A DNA stretch of 63,975 nt, the filler included, from Acidimicrobiia bacterium (GTDB taxonomy: Bacteria; Actinomycetota; Acidimicrobiia; Spongiisociales; CAZKJJ01): assembly GCA_046759765.1 (NCBI GenBank). It is 3 parts of 3 records of this genome, joined end to end, with 100 filler letters (N's around TTAATTAATTAA, not from the genome) between each part and the next. Parts side by side here need not be neighbours in the genome. Positions count along the whole stretch, not along the records: positions 45,511 to 63,975 come from JBHICV010000034.1; 2 more parts are not named here. The stretch is one strand, 5' to 3'. Each line of letters opens with the position of its first letter. The first letter of the stretch is position 1. The notes under the pieces are model-generated. The model saw only the letters and a program-made list of their open reading frames with translations. It had not been told where the DNA came from and ran no database searches. This document shows, in pieces, positions 58,001-63,975 of the stretch. Made by a program: the position numbers and the translations under genes.

Positions 58001-59741
58001 CTTCTACGACCGCGTTGACTCTGCCGAACTGGGAGAGGAGCAACTTACCTACGACCTGAGTGTCCCGGACAACCTGACGTATCTGGCCAACGGCTTCGTG
58101 AGCCACAACACCATCGGCCTGCAGATGGATTGTGACACCACGGGTGTTGAACCGGACTTTGCCCTCGTGAAGTTCAAGAAGTTGGCCGGCGGCGGCTACT
58201 TCAAGATTGTCAATCAGTCGGTCGCACCTGCTTTGGCCCGGCTTGGCTACAACGACCAGCAGATAGACGACATTCTCGATTATGTGGTCGGCACCATGAC
58301 CCTGCTCGGCGCGCCCCACATCAACCGGAAGTCCCTGACCGAGCTCGGATTGACGACCGACGATCTGCGCAAGGTCGAGGAGACCCTGCCCGGAGTGTTC
58401 GAGCTCCGGCATGCCTTCTCGGTCTTCGTGCTCGGATCGGAAGCTCTCGAGCGGCTGGGGTTCAAGGAGGACGAGTACGCCTCCTTCGACTTCGACCTTT
58501 TGCAGGAGCTCGGCTTCACGAAGCAGCAGATCCGGGAAGCCACCGATGTCGTGTGCGGACATCAAACCATCGAGGGGGCTCCCTTCTTGAAGAAGGAGCA
58601 CCTGCCGGTCTTCGACTGTGCTAACCGCAACGGTCGTGACGGCAAGCGGTTCATCCACCACTCAGGTCACATCAAGATGATGGCGGCGGTTCAACCGTTC
58701 ATCAGTGGATCGCAGTCCAAAACCATCAACATGCCCGCCGAGGTCACTCCCACCGACATCGAGGAGTCCTACATGATGTCCTGGGAGCTGGGCCTCAAGT
58801 CGATGGCTCTGTACCGCGACGGGTCCAAGGCGTCCCAGGTTCTCCACAGCACGGTCGACGAGGCCGACGAGATCGAGGACCAAGAGTCCATCGATGTAGC
58901 GCTCGAACCGCAGCGCGCACTGGCTTGGGGAGAGATCCCGGCCGGCCTCAGCCCCACCCAGGCGTATGCCTCCGGCATGAAGCCACCGCGATTCCTGTTG
59001 CCTGCTCGCCGCGGAGGCTGGACGCAGGAGGCCCGCATCGGCGGGCACAAGGTGTTCCTCAGAACAGGCGAGTACGACGACGGCACTCTCGGTGAGCTCT
59101 TCATCGACCTGGCCAAAGAAGGAGCCACCCTCCGAGGTGTTCTTTCCTGCTTCGCGATCGCCGTCTCCAAGGGATTGCAATTCGGGGTGCCGCTCGAGGA
59201 GTTCATCGACACGTTTACGTTCCAGACCTTCGAGCCCCGCGGCCTGGTCGAGGGTCACCCGAACATTCGGATGGCCAACTCCATCGTCGACTATGTCTTC
59301 CGCGCCTTGGCGCTCGAGTACCAGGGCCGCGCAGACCTCGTCCAGGTACCGCCCCACGAAGGTGACCTACCCGAACCGCCCGGCGGCCTCGCTCTGGATG
59401 CCGGCATGCAGCTCGACCTGACCGATGCGGCGATGGAGGCGGACATAGAAGCCCAGCAGGAAGCCGCCTCGTTCGTTGATGACGGAAACCCGTCGCCGAT
59501 CGGTACGGCCGAGATCCGACCGGACGTCGCTCAGCCCGAAAGCCAACCCGCCACGGAGACCGCACCGATTGCGACCACTGCTCAGGTGGCAGACATGGAC
59601 GCCGGGTCCGCATCTGTGCAGAAAGCACTGGCCGACATGATGGGCGACGCCCCCGTCTGCGATACCTGCGGCCACATCACCGTTCGCAACGGCTCGTGTT
59701 TCAAGTGCCTGAACTGTGGCAACTCGCTGGGATGTAGCTAA
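55020..59741 (+). CDS. nrdJ: Vitamin B12-dependent (class II) ribonucleotide reductase containing an intein
   Basis: PNSPQWFN, PHAC, SNPCGE, ACNLASLNL, LGLGYANLG, SKTINMP and YRDGSK motifs; C-terminal CxxC-CxxC. Confidence 0.96.
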   Translation: MTNGLRIERRFTTKGRDPYDTLELARRDSRITNPDGSVVFEMKDAEVPKHWSQVAVDIIVSKYFRKAGVPQTDGEGRPLLDSAGEPVLGTERSAKQVFDRLAGTWRHWGERGGYFATTEDAAAFEDELRYMLAHQIASPNSPQWFNTGLNWAYGLTGPAQGFWYVDPETEEAVPSPDSYSRPAPHACYILDVDDDLVNPGGIMDLWMSEARIFKFGSGVGENFSKIRAEGEPLSGGGKSSGLMSFLKIGDRAAGAIKSGGTTRRAAKMVILDVDHPDIETFIDWKKVEEDKARLLIEHGGFPADFNGEAYQTVSGQNSNNSVRVSNEFIAAVIQNEDWDLTERTTGNVRKTVKARDLWRRIADAAWACADPGVQFDTTINEWHTSPAGGRIRASNPCGEYVHLDNTACNLASLNLGAFYDGDTDDFNIEGYRHAIRLWTIVLEIAVTMAHFPSKAVAEGSYNYRTLGLGYANLGSLLMRSGIPYDSEEGRAIAGCLTAIMTGESYSTSAEMAAAIGPFPKFKENREPMLRVMRNHRRAAYDALLSDYEGISHHVVGIDEELAPEGLLKAAREGWDRAVELGERYGYRNAQATVIAPTGCLVGGSLVPTERGLVRLQSLGDTQGEQWQTLRMDVATDDEPQRATKFYVNGVEPVVSVETTRGYRIQGTPTHRIKVIQEDGNWAWKRLADIGENDLVPLAFDQLIGQRREVPLPPLPDAYWTSDYTTYTPRTMNEDLAEFIGYFMGDGSLHAKGIRLCVSNDDLDVVERLRLLGKGLFGLEAHISQQTGYKEVAFHSVRLVLWWEACGFAKHPPTPDHAGKGYHPHVPDAVLYSNDAGVYRAFVRGLWEADGTVHPSGHAAWSTTSIDFSRDVQNLLLALGFPTHRKFDQTGWGKSQLAVLRLLNLSYNHRWREEIGFISARKQSALVITESRQASRANYVPVSRELIDRLAPSNDALRKTMLLSHSRNGGLVSRRSASALLKRTGDPELAHLLSFFYDRVDSAELGEEQLTYDLSVPDNLTYLANGFVSHNTIGLQMDCDTTGVEPDFALVKFKKLAGGGYFKIVNQSVAPALARLGYNDQQIDDILDYVVGTMTLLGAPHINRKSLTELGLTTDDLRKVEETLPGVFELRHAFSVFVLGSEALERLGFKEDEYASFDFDLLQELGFTKQQIREATDVVCGHQTIEGAPFLKKEHLPVFDCANRNGRDGKRFIHHSGHIKMMAAVQPFISGSQSKTINMPAEVTPTDIEESYMMSWELGLKSMALYRDGSKASQVLHSTVDEADEIEDQESIDVALEPQRALAWGEIPAGLSPTQAYASGMKPPRFLLPARRGGWTQEARIGGHKVFLRTGEYDDGTLGELFIDLAKEGATLRGVLSCFAIAVSKGLQFGVPLEEFIDTFTFQTFEPRGLVEGHPNIRMANSIVDYVFRALALEYQGRADLVQVPPHEGDLPEPPGGLALDAGMQLDLTDAAMEADIEAQQEAASFVDDGNPSPIGTAEIRPDVAQPESQPATETAPIATTAQVADMDAGSASVQKALADMMGDAPVCDTCGHITVRNGSCFKCLNCGNSLGCS
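56814..58109 (+). mobile_element. 432-aa intein with LAGLIDADG homing endonuclease
   Basis: APTG|CLVGG...NGFVSHN|TIG; TPTHRI block B; FIGYFMGDG and FVRGLWEADG; TYDLSV block F. Confidence 0.94.
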
Positions 59742-59788
59742 TGCCGCCCTCACCGTAACGCCAGCGCATCAGCACACCCACGCGAGAC

Positions 59789-59819
59789 GCGAAGAGCCCC
59801 CGGCCCGGGGGCTCTTCGC
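59789..59819 (+). terminator. GC-rich hairpin after nrdJ
   Basis: 14-bp perfect stem GCGAAGAGCCCCCG/CGGGGGCTCTTCGC. Confidence 0.8.
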
Positions 59820-59870
59820 CGTACCGACCGTTCGCTGCTTGTTTGATTCCGATCGGCGCGAGAATTCAGC

Positions 59871-61334
59871 GTGATGAGCGCTGTCCGTAAGACTCTTCTC
59901 TCCCTCAGCGCGGCTGTCCTTTTCATAGCCGCTTGCCAGGGAGGCACACCCCCTGCGGCTACTCCCACTACTGCTGCGCCGGCACCGCCGACTTCACAAC
60001 TGGACGTTCCCCCTACGGCTCAGCCCTCTACTCCCCCCACGGATCAGCCATCCGCTCCCCCGACCACCCTCCCGCCGATCGACCTGAGCGACTGCGAAAC
60101 ACCAACGGAGGATTGGGAGTCGTTCTGCCAGTCATACCAACTCATCCAGCAGCACTACGTGGACGAGAGGTCCGACGACCTGCTCTCGGCGGCGGCTGCT
60201 CAGGGGCTAATCGACTTCCGGCCCGACGACGTAACGCCGGCCCCTGTAAGCCTCACCTGTGCCCTGCCGAGCGACGACTTTCACGGCTTCTGCAACTCTC
60301 TTGCCGGCCTGGACGGAGCGGACCGAATACCCGCCTCCGCATGGGCCGTGGCGGCCATCCAGGGCATGGCATCTCTGGGTCTCGACGACGCCTACTCCGC
60401 CTACCTCAGCCCCGAGGTTGTCGAACGCGAGAGAGAAGAGGACTCCGGCGAGGTCGAAGGCATCGGGGCACTCGTCAGCGCCAAGGACGCCAACGGCGAC
60501 GGTTGCTCACTTCTCTCTGACGAGTGCCGGCTTGAGATCGTGGGCACGATCGAAGGGGGTCCTGCTGAGGCAGCCGGACTGAAGGATGGCGATGTCATCG
60601 TCGGCGTCGACGGCCAGCCGATCGATGGGCTCTCCGTCGATGCGGTGGTCTCATTGGTCCGCGGTCCCGCAGGCACCTCCGTGGCCCTCTCGATCGACCG
60701 TGGCGGCGCCGTCTTCGAAGTCGTCTTGGAAAGGGCGGCAGTAGCCATTCCTATTGTAAAGTCCGAGCTCCTCCAGCCCGGTCTCGGCTACCTGCAGCTA
60801 AAGCTGTTCACCCATGACAGCCCCGAGCACGTCCGAGACGCGCTTGAGGACCTCTTCGATCAGGGCGCGAATGATGTCATCCTCGATCTCCAAGACAACC
60901 CCGGCGGAACGCTCGATGCGGCGGTACGAATCGCCAGCGAGTTCCTCTCCGACGGGCTGGTCCTGCGCACCGAAGGGCCCACCGAGGCCACGGAATATGC
61001 CGTCAGGCCGGGTGGTATCGCCACCGAGCCCGATGTCCGGCTGGTCGTCCTCATGAACGATGCGAGTGCGTCGGCGTCCGAGGTCCTGGCTGCCGCACTC
61101 CAGGAGTCGGGACGAGCAGCAGTAATCGGCGAATTCAGTTTCGGGAAGAACACCGTGCAGCAGCAGTTCCCACTCGAGAACGGCGGGGCTCTGAAGCTAA
61201 CGATCGCTCGCTGGGTCACTCCGGACGGGATCGACTACGGCCGGACGGGCGTCGAACCCGATGTCCTCGTACCAGCCGGCGATGACGACAGTCGTATCCT
61301 CGAGGCCGCACGCGCCTACCTGACGGGTACTTGA
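59871..61334 (+). CDS. S41 C-terminal processing peptidase, lipoprotein
   Basis: Lipobox FIAAC, PDZ (GIGA, GPAEAAGL), DLQDNPGG, SASASE and FGKNTVQ motifs. Confidence 0.92.
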   Translation: MMSAVRKTLLSLSAAVLFIAACQGGTPPAATPTTAAPAPPTSQLDVPPTAQPSTPPTDQPSAPPTTLPPIDLSDCETPTEDWESFCQSYQLIQQHYVDERSDDLLSAAAAQGLIDFRPDDVTPAPVSLTCALPSDDFHGFCNSLAGLDGADRIPASAWAVAAIQGMASLGLDDAYSAYLSPEVVEREREEDSGEVEGIGALVSAKDANGDGCSLLSDECRLEIVGTIEGGPAEAAGLKDGDVIVGVDGQPIDGLSVDAVVSLVRGPAGTSVALSIDRGGAVFEVVLERAAVAIPIVKSELLQPGLGYLQLKLFTHDSPEHVRDALEDLFDQGANDVILDLQDNPGGTLDAAVRIASEFLSDGLVLRTEGPTEATEYAVRPGGIATEPDVRLVVLMNDASASASEVLAAALQESGRAAVIGEFSFGKNTVQQQFPLENGGALKLTIARWVTPDGIDYGRTGVEPDVLVPAGDDDSRILEAARAYLTGT

Positions 61335-61364
61335 ACCTGTCCCGCTCTGTTGACGGGAGGAGTC

Positions 61365-61484
61365 ATGAGCCGATTGCTGGTGTCCAGCGGCAGCCCCTAT
61401 GAGGAGGCGGTCGGCTTCTCGCGAGCGGTGAGGGTCGGCAACGTGGTGTCCGTCGGCGAAACCGCGGTGATCGACGAGGTCTAG
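61365..61484 (+). pseudogene. Internally deleted RidA/YjgH-family gene
   Basis: GGAGGAG RBS; MSRLLVSSGSPYEEAVGFSRAVRVGNVVSV then ETAVIDEV* (39 aa). Confidence 0.75.
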
Positions 61485-62122
61485 CCGGCCACCTGGCAGC
61501 TGACGCCAGTTCCTCCGAGACCGCAGTAGCCGTTCGGGTTCTTGCCCAGATACTGCTGGTGATAGTCATCGGCGTAGTAAAAGTCCGGCGCCTCTCGGAT
61601 CTCGGTCGTGATTGCTCCGTATCCGTGGAGGCGCAACTCTTCCTGGTACGCGTCACGCGATCTCTTGGCCGCCTCTAGCTGCTCGTCGCTGTACGTATAG
61701 ATGGCCGACCGGTATTGGGTTCCAAAGTCGTTGCCTTGACGCATTCCCTGGGTCGGGTCGTGACCCTCCCAGAACACTTTGAGCAGGGTGTGGTACGAGA
61801 CCTTCGCCGGGTCGTACACCACCAGGACCGCTTCGGTGTGGCCGGTCAGACCGGAACACACCTCCTCGTACGTGGGATTGGGCGTGATTCCTCCGGCATA
61901 TCCCACGGCAGTGACGTACACATCGGGCGTCTGCCAGAACAAACGCTCGGCGCCCCAGAAGCAGCCCATCCCGAACATCGCGGTCTCATAACCCTCCGGG
62001 AAGGGAGGGCGGAGCGCGTGTCCGTTGACGAAATGGCGGTCAGCCGTCGGGATCGGCTCAGTTCGGCCCGGCAACGCCTCCTCTGCGCCCGGCACTTCCA
62101 TCTTCTTTCTCTTTGTCCACAT
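61481..62122 (-). CDS. msrA: Peptide-methionine (S)-S-oxide reductase
   Basis: [26 protein letters not shown] and YHQQYL motifs. Confidence 0.97.
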   Translation of the reverse strand: MWTKRKKMEVPGAEEALPGRTEPIPTADRHFVNGHALRPPFPEGYETAMFGMGCFWGAERLFWQTPDVYVTAVGYAGGITPNPTYEEVCSGLTGHTEAVLVVYDPAKVSYHTLLKVFWEGHDPTQGMRQGNDFGTQYRSAIYTYSDEQLEAAKRSRDAYQEELRLHGYGAITTEIREAPDFYYADDYHQQYLGKNPNGYCGLGGTGVSCQVAG

Positions 62123-62174
62123 GGCATCTACCTCCGCAACAGTCCTAACTCCGCTCCGGATACGAATGTTCCGG

Positions 62175-62654
62175 TCAGGCTGCCTTCGATAGTGCCTTGG
62201 CCCGCACTGCGGCTCCGCCGAAGACGGCGGTCACGTCGATCGCAAGCTCGGGAGCCGCCGCGGGCAGCTCATCGTCGGGCGTCGTTCGCTTCTCGGCCCC
62301 GCCCATGATGCCGATGGTCTTCATCCGCACGTTCCAGCCATCGGGCACCAGCACGGAAACGCCGCCGAACACGGTCACGATGCGTAAAGTCGCTCCCGCC
62401 GATGCCAGCTCGGCTCGACGTAGGTCGAGTTCCGCCCCGCCGTATATCGCGATCGCCGTCCCTCCTCTCAGAGCCGGCGCTCGACATTGCAGTTCCCTGC
62501 CATCGAGGATCGCCACGGTCTGGAACTCGTTGGACTCCTCGTCACCCCACTCGGGTATGTAACGGCGGGCGATCGCCGCCACTGCGAGAAGGATCCCCTG
62601 AACGATGGTGAGCGCGAGCGCGACTTTGAAGAGCCGTTTTATCAGCGTTCTCAC
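62175..62654 (-). CDS. LiaF-like (cell-wall-active antibiotic response) domain protein
   Basis: TM helix then [11 protein letters not shown]...[10 protein letters not shown]...MGG...VFGG repeats. Confidence 0.78.
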   Translation of the reverse strand: MRTLIKRLFKVALALTIVQGILLAVAAIARRYIPEWGDEESNEFQTVAILDGRELQCRAPALRGGTAIAIYGGAELDLRRAELASAGATLRIVTVFGGVSVLVPDGWNVRMKTIGIMGGAEKRTTPDDELPAAAPELAIDVTAVFGGAAVRAKALSKAA

Positions 62655-62688
62655 CGGGACAAGTCTGGCAGTTTCACCGGGCTCGTGC

Positions 62689-63540
62689 TCACCTGGATAC
62701 GAAGACCTCCGTCACCCAGATCTCGCCGTCGGCGTCGACGGCGACCCCGACTCCGACGTGGGTGAAGTCCGGATCCACCATGTTGGCGTAATGGGACGAG
62801 CTACCTGCCAAAGCGCCATGAGCGGAGCCAACACTTCCTGCATCCCGGGCCAGGTTCTCCGCCACTTTGGACCAGTTACCTGAAACCTGCGAAGCCAGGT
62901 TGGGATTGTGGTCAAACGTACCCGTCGCCACCATGTGCTCGGACCACGATCTGGCTACCGCGCCGGCCGAGCCGTCCCAGCTGAGCGGAGACAGACCTTC
63001 GGACTCACGAAGAGAATTGATGCGGCGCACGAACGATCGTTCCGCCCCACCGACGTCGATCGTGGGCACGGTCGTAGTTGTGGTCGTCGTCGGTGGAGCA
63101 GTAGAAGCGGTCGGTTCAGTGTCCGGAGGTTGCGTGTCAGCGGGGGCGGCTTCATGGGTCTCTTCAGTGTTTCCCTCGTCTCTTCTGGTCGTTTCAGCAC
63201 GCCTAGGCGAGTTGGTGGCGGGACGTCCGGCTTCGGTTGTGTCTACTGTCTCTACGAGGTTTTCAATCTCTTCCTGTTCAGTTTGCAGCGAGACCGTCTC
63301 GCCCGCCGATAGCAATGCGGCAGCCACAGGCGGTAGTTCCAACGAGCCAACGACTTCGTCACTCTCTCCAACAATCGGAGGCAGCAGGGCGCGTCCGGCC
63401 GGCCTGTCGTGGGCCTCAGGTGGAGGGAGCGGTACGCTAGTAAGAGCCGCAGAAGCTGCAGCGAACAACGCCAAAGCGGCGACCGAGAGCAGAGTGCGCC
63501 TGACGCGCTCCCGCCTCGGAACATTCGAGGGCACGGGCAA
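62689..63540 (-). CDS. Secreted CAP-domain protein with Thr/Pro-rich linker
   Basis: INSLRESEGL, ARSWSEHM, AENLA and SSSHYANMVDPDFTHVGVG motifs. Confidence 0.88.
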   Translation of the reverse strand: MPVPSNVPRRERVRRTLLSVAALALFAAASAALTSVPLPPPEAHDRPAGRALLPPIVGESDEVVGSLELPPVAAALLSAGETVSLQTEQEEIENLVETVDTTEAGRPATNSPRRAETTRRDEGNTEETHEAAPADTQPPDTEPTASTAPPTTTTTTTVPTIDVGGAERSFVRRINSLRESEGLSPLSWDGSAGAVARSWSEHMVATGTFDHNPNLASQVSGNWSKVAENLARDAGSVGSAHGALAGSSSHYANMVDPDFTHVGVGVAVDADGEIWVTEVFVSR

Positions 63541-63628
63541 TCCTCGTTTTTGTTACGGGGAGTGGTCGAACTTAGCGGATATCGGCCCACATCACTACTC
63601 AAAGCGCGACGGCGAAGAAAGGACCTAA

Positions 63629-63975
63629 GTGGTAGAGAGTGCCGGCATCCTCCTCTATCGCCTCCGGGGCGAGTCAGTGGAAGTACTCCTCGGTCACCCG
63701 GGCGGCCCGTTTTGGAGAAATCGAGAAGAGGGTGCGTGGTCGATTCCGAAAGGCGAAATCGATCAGAACGAGGACGGAGAGTCCGCGGCGCGGCGCGAGT
63801 TTCGAGAGGAGACAGGCCAGGGAGTGGATGGCGAACTCGTTGCTCTAGGGTCGGTCATCCAGCGCGGAGGCAAGATCGTCCACGGCTGGGCCGGTGAGGG
63901 CGACGCCGATGTCGGCTCTCTTGAATCCAACACCTTCGACCTGGAGTGGCCGCCGAGTTCCGGCACCGTTCGATC
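63629..63975 (+). CDS. NUDIX hydrolase (runs off window)
   Basis: Manual translation MVESAGILLYR...HPGGPFW...AWSIPKGE...AARREFREETG. Confidence 0.9.
   Translation, partial: MVESAGILLYRLRGESVEVLLGHPGGPFWRNREEGAWSIPKGEIDQNEDGESAARREFREETGQGVDGELVALGSVIQRGGKIVHGWAGEGDADVGSLESNTFDLEWPPSSGTVR

Overview
High-GC actinobacterial DNA, most consistent with an Acidimicrobiia-like member of Actinomycetota (inferred from the Pup-proteasome locus, type II fab cluster and actinobacterial gene orders). It consists of three unlinked contigs joined by artificial 100-nt N/TTAATTAATTAA spacers at 22793-22892 and 45411-45510. Contig 1 holds ltaE-fabD-fabH-fabG-acpP-fabF, a MoxR/DUF58/transglutaminase operon, accessory genes and the start of the dcw cluster (mraZ-rsmH-ftsL-ftsI-murE-mraY, with no murF). 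Contig 2 holds ligC, trmI, the complete Pup-proteasome locus (arc-dop-pup-prcB-prcA, pafA, pafBC) interrupted by otsB/otsA, then tatB/tatC and helY. Contig 3 holds two CAP proteins, a candidate small RNA, an M23-RsiG-YbjN operon, a MoaD/ubiquitin-like domain fused to a membrane protein, an autoregulated ArsR operon, an NrdR-boxed class II ribonucleotide reductase with a LAGLIDADG intein, an S41 protease and msrA. The leading unexplained signals are a twin-motif RsiG with several sigma28/WhiG-type promoters, the ubiquitin-like membrane fusion, a promoter-driven ~80-nt structured RNA, a catalytically dead serine recombinase, an unannotated 32-aa membrane peptide and a long hairpin between mraZ and rsmH. 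No CRISPR array, rRNA, tRNA or prophage was seen. All calls come from motif recognition by eye; no searches were run.
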